From a virus: a stretch of 55,660 nucleotides of DNA. Location: positions 1-55,660 of the IMG/VR virus record IMGVR_UViG_3300028794_000001. One strand, 5' to 3'. Shown one piece after another: positions 6,679 through 15,046 of this stretch. Made by a program: the position numbers and the translations under genes. The first letter of the stretch is position 1. The number at the start of each line of letters is the position of its first letter. The notes below the pieces were generated by a model, which saw only the letters and a program-made list of their open reading frames with translations, was not told where the DNA came from and searched no databases.

Positions 6679-7285
6679 CGGTTGCCTCAGCGTCGATCAC
6701 CTCGGAGCTGGGCTTGGGCTGCTCGGGCGCGGCGACCGTGCGCGGAAGCATCTTGCGACGGAGCGCGAGGTAATCCTTCAGGTCTTGCGTGCTCAATTGC
6801 GTGATGTCCATCGCTTCCTCAGGCGCTGTGCCCTCGCCAAGTTTCTCGCCCGCGGACGTCACGTCGAAGCGCGCGACCTCTTTCCCGAATCCGCGTTCGG
6901 TCAGCCATTTGATCATTTCGAATTTGAGCGCGGCGCTGCACTCGATCTCCTCCCTCCAAAACTCACCGCTCCTGGTCACGCCCGAAACTACGGTCTTCAC
7001 CTCGCCGCGAAGCACGCCAATCGCCCACGCGATCAGCTCGAGCCCGTCGGCCGTTGCCTGGCGAATCATCCAACCCAGCGTAGGTGGGCGCCCTGGTCCT
7101 GCTGGGCAGCCCTTCACGAAGTACCCGCGATCGTCCCTGTAGCGCTTGGGAGGAGGGGCGGCACCCGCCGTGAAGTCGTTGGGCCCATCCGGCAAATCCG
7201 GAATTAAGTCAACCCCATCCACGGTACGAACGAGCGCGGTAGAGACCGGTTTACGCGGTGGGTCAAGAAGGTCAAATGGGTCCAT
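6671..7285 (-). CDS. Putative terminase small subunit
   Basis: Lies immediately upstream of terL and overlaps it by 8 nt. 204 aa with a basic N-terminus (GCPAGPGRPPT) and an acidic C-terminus. Assigned by position only. Confidence 0.5.
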   Translation of the reverse strand: MDPFDLLDPPRKPVSTALVRTVDGVDLIPDLPDGPNDFTAGAAPPPKRYRDDRGYFVKGCPAGPGRPPTLGWMIRQATADGLELIAWAIGVLRGEVKTVVSGVTRSGEFWREEIECSAALKFEMIKWLTERGFGKEVARFDVTSAGEKLGEGTAPEEAMDITQLSTQDLKDYLALRRKMLPRTVAAPEQPKPSSEVIDAEATGA

Positions 7286-7340
7286 AACGCCTCAGGGTAG
7301 GATCTAACCCTGCGAACTTTCAACCCGATGTAAGCAGCGC

Positions 7341-7369
7341 TTGACGCCTTCGAAGTAAGTAGATACTAA
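7341..7369 (+). promoter_or_regulatory. Sigma70-like promoter TTGACG-N17-TACTAA(T)
   Basis: Read in the divergent intergenic region between terS (-) and ORF 7422 (+). Confidence 0.35.
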
Positions 7370-7421
7370 TGCTGGGCCTACTTCCCGGGCGCTTCCCCCA
7401 CATCAAAAGGTGTAAGTCCTT

Positions 7422-7913
7422 ATGAAGAACCCGATCCTGATGCTGAAGCGTGAGTCTTCCCGAGCATTCCGCGTGGTGGTTGTTGGGGATACCTACCAGG
7501 GCCCCAAGCGCGGCATCCACTACCTCCCGAGCCAGCCTAGGAGGGGCCTCAGCAGGGCCAAGGCGCTCGCCCTGGCCTCTGAATGGACTCCGGCTAGGGT
7601 GGTCTCTTTCTGCGCCAAGCGGGAGGGCTCGTATGTCTACCCCTCCGTGCGCCCGCTCTTATCTCCCGTCACGAAGGTGATGAGAGGTGGGTTTAAGTTC
7701 GAGCGCTCGGCTGTTCCTACCATCGACACTAGGAAAAACGAGCGCTTAGCTGCTGTTCCTACTGCCGCTGACCTCATCATGAAGCGTCGCGAGGCTCTCC
7801 GAACGCTCAGCGAAATCGACGCAAAACTCGAAAAAATGCTGGAATTACGTGCGGTTAAGGCCATACAACGGGGGATGGCGGCGCCCTTGAACAACAGCAC
7901 GACACTACAATGA
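7422..7913 (+). CDS. Hypothetical early protein (163 aa)
   Basis: ATG 7422 follows AAAGGTG. Third-position GC falls toward the 3-prime end, and two iteron copies lie inside the ORF (AVPT repeats). Confidence 0.45.
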   Translation: MKNPILMLKRESSRAFRVVVVGDTYQGPKRGIHYLPSQPRRGLSRAKALALASEWTPARVVSFCAKREGSYVYPSVRPLLSPVTKVMRGGFKFERSAVPTIDTRKNERLAAVPTAADLIMKRREALRTLSEIDAKLEKMLELRAVKAIQRGMAAPLNNSTTLQ

Positions 7914-8136
7914 CGCGGCGCGGCTGTTCCTGCTCCTCCTTCATCCGGGCCTTTTCAACATCCTTAGCTTTTAAGTGCGTTAACACTACTCTCCAATGAT
8001 CTTATTTTACTCTATTAGTAGTAGGAACAGTAGGAACACCATAGTTAGCTCAACAAATACAAATGGTTCTACTGTTCCTGGTAGTGTTCCGGCCTGATCC
8101 TGCTCCTACTCACTTGCTTTTGGCGCGTGTTCCTGT
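7711..8136. repeat. Iteron cluster (8 copies of (C/G)TGTTCC(T/G)) around an AT-rich stretch
   Basis: Direct copies near 7712, 7754, 7925, 8073, 8085 (variant) and 8128. Two tandem inverted copies lie at 8023-8040 (TAGGAACAGTAGGAACAC). The AT-rich core is about 7960-8070. Confidence 0.6.
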
Positions 8137-8168
8137 AAAGCTTTAGGTCCTAGAAAAGGGGTTACATC

Positions 8169-8561
8169 GTGCTGATGAGCGTGAGTCTCGACGAAGTGAG
8201 CTACGAAGTGCTGGAGGGGTTCGGAGAGTCATACGACGCCCCGTTAAGCGCGGTCGCGGCCGGTCTGATCCGGGCCGCGCTTCGGGCGGGGCTTCAGCCG
8301 GAGAGCAACCCCCTGCCCATGGGGCGTCCGCGTTGTGACCCTAAGTCGGTCGTGTACCGACAGATCGCCAAGGAGCCTCGCGACTATGCGGAGCTGTGCG
8401 GCGCCACGGATCTTACAGCTGAGGCTACAGCACAGGCCGTGGCCGAGCTGCTCACCGAACAGCGAATCGAGATGGACGCTCAAGGCGTCTGCAGCACCGT
8501 GCCGAAGCTGATCCCCAAGCGGCGGATCTTCGCCCAGTGCAGCTACGTTGATGCAGATTGA
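8169..8561 (+). CDS. Hypothetical, possible DNA-binding protein (130 aa)
   Basis: GTG 8169 (or ATG 8175) follows AAAAGGGG. It is the first gene after the iteron region and precedes the primase-helicase. Function is guessed from position. Confidence 0.55.
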   Translation: MLMSVSLDEVSYEVLEGFGESYDAPLSAVAAGLIRAALRAGLQPESNPLPMGRPRCDPKSVVYRQIAKEPRDYAELCGATDLTAEATAQAVAELLTEQRIEMDAQGVCSTVPKLIPKRRIFAQCSYVDAD

Positions 8562-8638
8562 ACGTTTACAGGACAGGGGGACTAGACGATTGAGCCGCGC
8601 TGGGCGTACCGTCCGCGGACCTTCCCAGGGGACCCGCC

Positions 8639-11251
8639 TTGCGCGTTGCGTTCTACCATTCGAACAGAGACAACGTCCCGAAAAGCGCTGACCTCACATG
8701 GGGGCAGCTCGCAGAGGTTCTAACCCAGCATCAGATGACCCCCTGCGCGCCCTGTGGGGGGCATGACTGCGCGCTCAAGTTCGGCCGCGCATGGTCGCCC
8801 GCGGATCTGGACGTGCGACGTACTGAGCCCAATGTGCGCAGCATCGGCGCGCTGGTGCTGGACTTCGACGGGCTGAGCGAGACCCTCGCGCGTGACGCCT
8901 TGCAGCGCCTCAGCGCCTTCACGAACATCGTCTACACCACCCATTCGCACGCGGTGATGCAGCTCGAGCAGCCGCCGCGCTTCAGCTTCCGTGCAGTCAT
9001 TCAGCTGAGCCGATCCGTAGCGGCGGCGGACTGGCGCGGGTTCCTCGCGCGTGCAGTGACATACCTTGGTGTCGCGGCGTTCCCAGGCATCGCCGAGTGC
9101 GGCGATCTCTCACGCCTCTACTTCTTGCCGACCGCGTCAGTCGGCTCGCGCCCCGTCGCAGCGGCGCACGATGGCGTCGCGATGAACGTCGATGCGATCA
9201 TGGCGTTGCCCGCGCCTCCCATCGCGACCACAGCCCCCCGCGCGGTCGCAGCGGTGAACGTCCCGGGGATCGTCTGGCAGGACCCCGCTACGGTGGACCT
9301 GGAGGCCCTGCGTAAGGCCCTGCGCTCGGTCAGCAATGAGACCTCGAAGCCTTTGGCACAGGCAATCCTGAAGGGCGAGGCGGTGGGCTGGAGCGACGCG
9401 CAGCGCCGCCAGGGCGCGCCGCAGCTGGGCAGGGATCACGGCCTCCAGCGCGCGAGCAGCTTGGTGGCTTGGGCTTGCCCCCTCGGCACCCCGCTGCCCG
9501 CGCTATTCGAGTTGCTTCGCCCCACCTTCAATGGGATGGATCTCGCGCCCGAGGGCCCGGACTACTGGCGCGCGGAGATCGACGACATGCTGCGCCGCGC
9601 GGTGGCGCGCAAGGCTGAGGCCGAAGCTCGTGAGAATCTCGAGCACCAGCGGTTACTAGACGTCACCTTCGGTCCAGGGTTCGGCCCGGACAACAGCTTC
9701 AAGCCGGTGGGCAGTACGCCCAGCGCAGCGGGCGGCACGACGGGAAGCGTGCCTGTACCCGCGTTCGCGCCCCTTGGGGGCGCACCGGCCCTTTCGCCCG
9801 CCCCTGCGCGGGACTTGCTTGATGAGCTGTGCGCTCAGTACGCGGGGGCGGGCCCGCCGGTCCCTACCCCGGCCGTCGCTAGCCTCCCCGCGGCGCCGGT
9901 CGAATCAGAAGGGGACGCCAGCTGGACCAAGGCGCTGCTGTACAAGACCGACAAGAACGGCAATCAGACCGAGCTGCGCGGGTGCCCCGCCAATGCGAGC
10001 ACGATTCTGAGGCACGACACGCACTGGCGCGGGATGGTCCGCCGCAATGAGTTCACCGGAGCGGCGGAGATTTGGGGCGGACCTATCTTCCAGCAACAGC
10101 CTCCCAAGCCCCTGCCGGTGACCGACGAGCACGTGACGAAGATCGCCATGTGGCTGCAGCAACGTCCCGAGATAGCGATGAGGTTCGACATCAGCACCCA
10201 GTCCCTTTACGAGGTGATCAACGCGGTAGCGAGCGACCACAGCTACCACCCGATTCGCGACTATTGCGATGAGGTGGAGTGGGACGGCGCCCCCCGCCTT
10301 GACAGCTGGCTGGAGACCTACCTAGGGGCGAAGCTTTTAGATGCTGCGGGCGAGGACATTACCGCGTACGTGCGCGCCGCCGCCGCGAAATGGCTGATCG
10401 CCGCCGTGGCACGCGTCTACGAGCCTGGCTGCAAGGTCCAGAACGTATTGATCCTGGAAGGTGAGCAGGGGCTTCGTAAGAGCACAGCCTTCGAGGTATT
10501 GGCCTCGCGCCCATTCTTCACGGACCAAACGATGGATATCGGCCACAAGGACACCTCCATTGCCACGACGAAGAACTGGATTGTCGAGCTGGCCGAGCTG
10601 GACGCCTTCCGCAAGAGCGAGCACACCCAAGCCAAGGCATTCTTCACGCGCGATTGGGAGTCCTACCGGCCGCCTTACGGAAGGCACGAGATCAAGCGCC
10701 CGCGCGTCTGCATCTTCGGGGGCACCAGCAACCGCGATGACTACCTGACAGACCCTACAGGCAACAGGCGCTACTGGCCGGTGGTCTGTACGAAGGTCGA
10801 CGTGGCTGCGCTGGAACGCGACCGTGATCAGCTTTGGGCTGAGGCAGTGGCGCGCTACCAGGCGGGCAAGGCGGAGCGCAGCGATTGCCTGTGGTGGCTG
10901 ACGAAGGCGGAGGAGGAGATCGCGTTCCGTGCGGCGGAGGAGCGCGTCGCCCCTGACGATTGGGAGGACAAGATCCTGCGTTGGTGGGCGCAGGTTGCTG
11001 GACGCCCCATGGATGTGCGGATCGGCACGGTGCTGGAAATCGCTTTGGGGTTCACCGCGGACAAGATGCACCATGGGGTAAGCACCCGCGCGGGGGCGTG
11101 CCTGAAGAAGCTGGGCTTCACGCGGAAGCGGAAGCGCGAAGCAGGTCGCCTGTTGTGGTACTACGAGCCCGGGGGGGCGCTGGCAAACGTGCAAACGGCT
11201 ATACCCGCTGGGGTCATGGGGCATCTGTCTATGCTGCCCGGGGGGGCTTGA
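8639..11251 (+). CDS. Primase-polymerase fused to a VirE/D5-type P-loop helicase
   Basis: N-terminus: AEP-like LVLDFDG and YTTHSH. C-terminus: VLILEGEQGLRKST (Walker A) and IFGGTSNRDDYLTDPTGNRRYWPV, typical of the VirE family. TTG start is uncertain. Confidence 0.88.
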   Translation: MRVAFYHSNRDNVPKSADLTWGQLAEVLTQHQMTPCAPCGGHDCALKFGRAWSPADLDVRRTEPNVRSIGALVLDFDGLSETLARDALQRLSAFTNIVYTTHSHAVMQLEQPPRFSFRAVIQLSRSVAAADWRGFLARAVTYLGVAAFPGIAECGDLSRLYFLPTASVGSRPVAAAHDGVAMNVDAIMALPAPPIATTAPRAVAAVNVPGIVWQDPATVDLEALRKALRSVSNETSKPLAQAILKGEAVGWSDAQRRQGAPQLGRDHGLQRASSLVAWACPLGTPLPALFELLRPTFNGMDLAPEGPDYWRAEIDDMLRRAVARKAEAEARENLEHQRLLDVTFGPGFGPDNSFKPVGSTPSAAGGTTGSVPVPAFAPLGGAPALSPAPARDLLDELCAQYAGAGPPVPTPAVASLPAAPVESEGDASWTKALLYKTDKNGNQTELRGCPANASTILRHDTHWRGMVRRNEFTGAAEIWGGPIFQQQPPKPLPVTDEHVTKIAMWLQQRPEIAMRFDISTQSLYEVINAVASDHSYHPIRDYCDEVEWDGAPRLDSWLETYLGAKLLDAAGEDITAYVRAAAAKWLIAAVARVYEPGCKVQNVLILEGEQGLRKSTAFEVLASRPFFTDQTMDIGHKDTSIATTKNWIVELAELDAFRKSEHTQAKAFFTRDWESYRPPYGRHEIKRPRVCIFGGTSNRDDYLTDPTGNRRYWPVVCTKVDVAALERDRDQLWAEAVARYQAGKAERSDCLWWLTKAEEEIAFRAAEERVAPDDWEDKILRWWAQVAGRPMDVRIGTVLEIALGFTADKMHHGVSTRAGACLKKLGFTRKRKREAGRLLWYYEPGGALANVQTAIPAGVMGHLSMLPGGA

Positions 11252-11276
11252 CAGGTTCGGTCGTTTTACTGTTTAG
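11248..11276 (+). promoter_or_regulatory. Class I motif: TTGACA-N13-TACTGT within TTTTACTGTTTAG
   Basis: Intergenic, 32 nt upstream of ATG 11305. The TTGA contains the primase stop codon. Confidence 0.5.
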
Positions 11277-11304
11277 TTAGTCGTCAACTTCCCTGGGGCT
11301 GAAC

Positions 11305-11526
11305 ATGACGCGCAAGACATACGATCCCACCAAGATCAAGCTGACGTTTGCAGGCCAAGAGGTGAAGCCCGTGCGAGAGTTCCGCATCGTCTTCAAGCGC
11401 GGTCAGCCGTTTAACCTTGATAGGCTCGCCCGCTGGACCGTCAATGTGAATCCGTGGTTGTGGTGGGGAGTGACGGTGCTGGTCAGCGTCGGGGCCGGGC
11501 TTCTTTCTGTGCTGGTGCGTGGATGA
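11305..11526 (+). CDS. Small protein with C-terminal TM segment
   Basis: ATG 11305. C-terminus: WLWWGVTVLVSVGAGLLSVLV. Confidence 0.55.
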   Translation: MTRKTYDPTKIKLTFAGQEVKPVREFRIVFKRGQPFNLDRLARWTVNVNPWLWWGVTVLVSVGAGLLSVLVRG

Positions 11527-11819
11527 AATGCAAGACGTGCAAGCGACCGCTTCAGCCTTACTTGAAGGCTTCCTTTTGGAACGCGAAGCCCGGTTACCTC
11601 CCGTGTGCTACCTGCGACGTCCCAAAGGGCGCGACAACCTTTTGCGTGGACAATTCGACCTGGTTCCGGTTGCGCCACTGCGCGCAGCGGTACGAAGGGC
11701 CGGAGCCGGGGAACCCGAACGTGAAACACGTTCCTGGGATGGGATGGGTGGATATCTGGAGGGAGTATGAATTCATGCCATCTCCCGGCAGGTCCTTTAA
11801 GAATCGAGAACCGAGATGA
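11523..11819 (+). CDS. Zinc-ribbon protein (98 aa)
   Basis: I moved the start to ATG 11523, which overlaps TGA 11524-11526. Product: MKCKTCKRPL...LPCATCDVPKG (CxxC...CxxC). Confidence 0.6.
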   Translation: MKCKTCKRPLQPYLKASFWNAKPGYLPCATCDVPKGATTFCVDNSTWFRLRHCAQRYEGPEPGNPNVKHVPGMGWVDIWREYEFMPSPGRSFKNREPR

Positions 11820-12067
11820 GCGAGCGAGTCAAAGTGGTCGAGATTGAGTACCCCCGGAATCCGGGCGCGGAATTCGACACTGTAGAGGTCGGCCTGCTGG
11901 ACGTGCGCGCGGCTGATTCCATCAGGGTGAGTTACGATTTCGAGCGCGACGGCTGGTCTATCCAGCAGGCCCGGTATACCAAAGATGACATGGGCTATAT
12001 TGAGAGGGTGGGATGGGAAGAGGTCTCGTTCCATAAGGCGTGGGCTCTGGAACCGGACGCGGAATGA
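11816..12067 (+). CDS. Hypothetical protein (83 aa)
   Basis: ATGA overlap at both ends. GC-rich third positions. Confidence 0.6.
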   Translation: MSERVKVVEIEYPRNPGAEFDTVEVGLLDVRAADSIRVSYDFERDGWSIQQARYTKDDMGYIERVGWEEVSFHKAWALEPDAE

Positions 12068-12195
12068 AGCCCCCGGGCTGGAGATGGTACGAGTGTCAGC
12101 CTTGGAGCGATCTGCTTTTGCTGGCCGCGGGCTGGCTGTTGTTCGGTGCAATCGGAGCGTGCGCGGCGTTCTGCGCTTGGAGGAGCGGACGATGA
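12064..12195 (+). CDS. Small membrane protein (43 aa)
   Basis: ATG 12064 overlaps TGA 12065-12067. Product: MKPPGWRWYECQPWSDLLLLAAGWLLFGAIGACAAFCAWRSGR. Not in the ORF track. Confidence 0.45.
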   Translation: MKPPGWRWYECQPWSDLLLLAAGWLLFGAIGACAAFCAWRSGR

Positions 12196-12683
12196 GTGAT
12201 CATCTAGGGCTTGGGCGATGCAACGGATGCAAATCCGCGACCGGCTTTTGCGAACGCTGCATGAGTATCAGGGCGAGCGCGAGAGCCGAAGGCACCGCGC
12301 AGGAGCGGACGATGAGCGATCTAGTCAAGCGGCTTCGCCGACGCAACAGCGAGCTTCGTAAGCTGCTGATGAACCATCACGTTATTTACCGACGGGTCGC
12401 CCGGCAACAGGATCTGGACAAGGCCCGCGCTGAAGGAGCCGAGCCTTATGTGAGGGATCTAGCCGACCTGGAACTGCAGCGTCAAAAGGACGTAGCGCGC
12501 ATGCGGGAGGCGTGCGCGGTGTTGGCCGAAGAGACAGGCCACCGAAACTGTGGATGCCCGGACGATATCGCTTTCAGAATTCGAGCTGGGGGCGAAACGC
12601 CGAAGTGCGCAACGTGCGCTGGCTGGTGCGTCCGGGAGAGATGTCCTGGATGGCCAGCTTGTGAAGAAGCGAACCCTCCGTGA
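12192..12683 (+). CDS. Cys-rich hypothetical protein (163 aa) with an in-frame duplicate SD-ATG
   Basis: I moved the start to ATG 12192 (ATGA overlap). AGGAGCGGACGATGAG occurs at 12181 and again, in frame, at 12301. Cys clusters at both ends of the protein. Confidence 0.6.
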   Translation: MSDHLGLGRCNGCKSATGFCERCMSIRASARAEGTAQERTMSDLVKRLRRRNSELRKLLMNHHVIYRRVARQQDLDKARAEGAEPYVRDLADLELQRQKDVARMREACAVLAEETGHRNCGCPDDIAFRIRAGGETPKCATCAGWCVRERCPGWPACEEANPP

Positions 12684-14668
12684 CCGAACTCGACAAGCTT
12701 TTCGGCGACGAGCCCGGACGTGCGCCCTCCGTCGTCGACGGAGTGTGGAAGCAATCCAGCGTGACGCAACTGAAGTCGCTGAGCTTGTGCGTGCTGAAAT
12801 GGTGGCTGGAAAAGGTCAAACGCTACAAGCGCAAGCCAGCCAGCAAGGGGATGTTGGCCGGGCTGAAGGGACACACCGAGCTTGAGCACTACCTGAAGAC
12901 CGGGCAGGACGCGATGGGCCCAGAGGCGCGCGCGGGGAAGCTGTACTTGCCTTTGCCTGCGCGCGTGGAACTGGCCGCGGGGGCCTTCCAGGTGATCCCG
13001 GGATTGCTGATCGAGCACCGTTTCGACGGTCAGGCGAAGGGCGCGCCCTTCAACGCTGCCACCGCGCTGTTGAAGGCGGGAGACGTTCCCCTAGACGGCT
13101 TCATCGACGTCGTGAACGCCCGCTTTCTCGCCGAGGGCGGGGAACTCTACGGGACCGGGAATTGGGTGGATAAAGGGACGTTGGTCCTCAGCGATCACAA
13201 ATTCACGAAGGACGTAGACGCCTACGGGTCCCATGAGCACGAGCTGGTCTCGGTCGACTATGAGCACGGCATCCAGATGATCGGCTATGCGGAGTGGGCG
13301 CGGTTGATGCTCGCGACTGGGCTATTCCCCGCGTTCGAGCGCGTGTTGCTCCAGCACATTACGTATCAGTGGTATGGACGCCACATCGCCCGCCAGGTGT
13401 CGGCTTTGGTAGACCTTGCGCACGTCGAGCGAGAATGGTTTAAAGTAAATTCACTCGCCAGCACGGGAGTAGACGCCGCGAAGGAAACCGATGTTCTTAA
13501 GATCCCGTACAACGAAGGTGCTTGCAGCGCGTACGGGGGCTGTGACTTTCTGGGCGTTTGCCCAAGATCGCCGCTGAACCGCACCTTCAACAACCCAGGA
13601 AAGGAAGAAGACCCGATGAACATTCTCGATCAAATGTTTGGAGGCCCCCCAGGCGCTCCGCCCACCGAAGCGGCTCCCGTCGCGCCCCCGGCCCCACCCG
13701 TACCCGTCGTCCCGCCAGCGCCCCCCGCCCCGGTGCAGTCCCTTCCGCTGCCCGCGGGCTGGATTTACGCCGCGCACGCCCTGCCGGGACAGGTTTACTT
13801 CGTCCAGGCCTACGGCAAGCCGATGCGTTACGTGGGAGCCGATCCTGTTGGCACGCTGCTGTTCGAGACGGGCGATCACCGCGGCAATGTGCCCCTGAAC
13901 GCTGTCACGCACGTATTCCCCATCGCCGCGCCACCGGTCGCGCCGACCGCCACCCCAGGGACCGCCGTCGTCGGTGTGGGCGCGGATGGGCGTCCGCTGC
14001 CCGCGTTGCTGCCCCCGGACGCCCCCGCGTCCAACCCGCTGACCTCCAGCACACCCACGGTTCCGGTACCCCCGGACCCCGCGACCGAAGCGGCGAAGAA
14101 AGCCGAAAAGGAAGCGGTCAAGGCTGCGAAGAAGGCGGCCAAGGCTGCAGCCGCGCCGCAGCAGCTGCCGCCCATCGCCGGGACCGTCAGCTACAGCGCG
14201 CCCGCCGCGCCTCCGGTTCCGACAGTGGGCTTTCAAGCGCCTGCCGGACCGGTCCAGGCGTTCGAGCAGTCCACAGCACAGGCGCTCGACATCCCGACAT
14301 CTGCGCCGACATCCATCCCAGCGCCCGCTGCCCCCGTCGATTTCCTGCGCACGAAGCTTTATCTCGGGTGCCGGCCAGATGCGGGCGCGGTGCGGATCGA
14401 TGACTACGCGAACGGGCTCGTAGAGAAGCTCTGCGCGCGCTACGGCGTCGCTCATCCTCAGATCGTCCCGCGTGATGGGACCGGTGGGCAGGACAAAAAC
14501 CATCCCCTCGCGATGGGAGGATGGAAAGGGCTGCTCAGCGGCGTTGTTCGACTCGCACCGCCCCCGCCCGGTTCCTATTTCGTCGGGAGTTTCAGCGAGA
14601 CCACGGAAGTCATCGCGAACGCTTTGGCGGGACTTTTGCCCGCTGAGAACGTGATTCGCGCAGGGTAA
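12680..14668 (+). CDS. Cas4/RecB-like PD-(D/E)XK exonuclease fused to a P/A-rich linker, a K/A tract and a C-terminal domain
   Basis: GFIDVVN, LSDHKFTK and QMIGYA motifs, plus Cys at LSLCV and CSAYGGCDFLGVC (Fe-S style). Then PPAPPVPVVPPAPP, KKAEKEAVKAAKKAAKAAAA and a globular tail. An in-frame ATG at 13616 follows GGAAAGGAAGAAG. Confidence 0.7.
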   Translation: MTELDKLFGDEPGRAPSVVDGVWKQSSVTQLKSLSLCVLKWWLEKVKRYKRKPASKGMLAGLKGHTELEHYLKTGQDAMGPEARAGKLYLPLPARVELAAGAFQVIPGLLIEHRFDGQAKGAPFNAATALLKAGDVPLDGFIDVVNARFLAEGGELYGTGNWVDKGTLVLSDHKFTKDVDAYGSHEHELVSVDYEHGIQMIGYAEWARLMLATGLFPAFERVLLQHITYQWYGRHIARQVSALVDLAHVEREWFKVNSLASTGVDAAKETDVLKIPYNEGACSAYGGCDFLGVCPRSPLNRTFNNPGKEEDPMNILDQMFGGPPGAPPTEAAPVAPPAPPVPVVPPAPPAPVQSLPLPAGWIYAAHALPGQVYFVQAYGKPMRYVGADPVGTLLFETGDHRGNVPLNAVTHVFPIAAPPVAPTATPGTAVVGVGADGRPLPALLPPDAPASNPLTSSTPTVPVPPDPATEAAKKAEKEAVKAAKKAAKAAAAPQQLPPIAGTVSYSAPAAPPVPTVGFQAPAGPVQAFEQSTAQALDIPTSAPTSIPAPAAPVDFLRTKLYLGCRPDAGAVRIDDYANGLVEKLCARYGVAHPQIVPRDGTGGQDKNHPLAMGGWKGLLSGVVRLAPPPPGSYFVGSFSETTEVIANALAGLLPAENVIRAG

Positions 14669-14686
14669 GCGCGTGGGGACACGCGC
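14669..14686 (+). terminator. GC hairpin directly after the stop codon (no U tract)
   Basis: GCGCGTG-GGGA-CACGCGC: 7-bp stem and 4-nt loop, starting 1 nt after TAA 14666-14668. Confidence 0.3.
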
Positions 14687-14748
14687 CAGCCCCGTCCGCG
14701 CCAGGTGAGAGCGAGCGGGGCGTCTTGTCCGGTCGAAATAGACTGGGT

Positions 14749-14825
14749 GGTGTTCGAATCCCGATTGGTTCGGGAGTATGTCCCTTAGAGGGCAGGAGAC
14801 GCCGGTTCGAATCCGGCCGACATCG
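14749..14825 (+). other. tRNA-like element (perfect T-arm plus acceptor 3-prime half; cloverleaf incomplete)
   Basis: GCCGG-TTCGAAT-CCGGC at 14801-14817. The acceptor pairs 6 of 7 (GGTGTTC/CGACATC). D-like arm TCCCG-ATTGGTT-CGGGA. I found no convincing anticodon stem. A second GTTCGAATCC lies at 14752. Confidence 0.3.
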
Positions 14826-14830
14826 TTCAA

Positions 14831-15043
14831 ATGCAGACGGAGGCAAACGTGAGCAATAAGTTTGGAAGTCGACGCGATTCGAAACCGAAAGCAAAGCAGG
14901 ACTTGTACTTCAACAAGGAGCTGCTCGCGGAGATGGAAGCGGAGAGCAAGCGACTCAATCGCCCCTTGAGCTGGCTCGCTCGTGAATCCTGGAAGCTGGC
15001 GCGCGCCAAGGTCCAGAGCTTTCGCGCTCCCTCGACCATCTAG
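14831..15043 (+). CDS. Ribbon-helix-helix (CopG/Arc-like) protein
   Basis: Sequence ...QDLYFNKELLAEMEAESKRLNRPLSWLARESWKLA fits a beta-strand followed by two helices. The alternative start GTG 14849 has GGAGG 5 nt upstream. Confidence 0.55.
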   Translation: MQTEANVSNKFGSRRDSKPKAKQDLYFNKELLAEMEAESKRLNRPLSWLARESWKLARAKVQSFRAPSTI

Positions 15044-15046
15044 ACC

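Noticed and set aside
14749-14825. Calling this a functional tRNA gene.
   Set aside because: The T-arm and acceptor are good, but position 8 is G, the D stem would be 5 bp, and I could form no anticodon stem with more than 2-3 pairs. I kept it only as a tRNA-like element.
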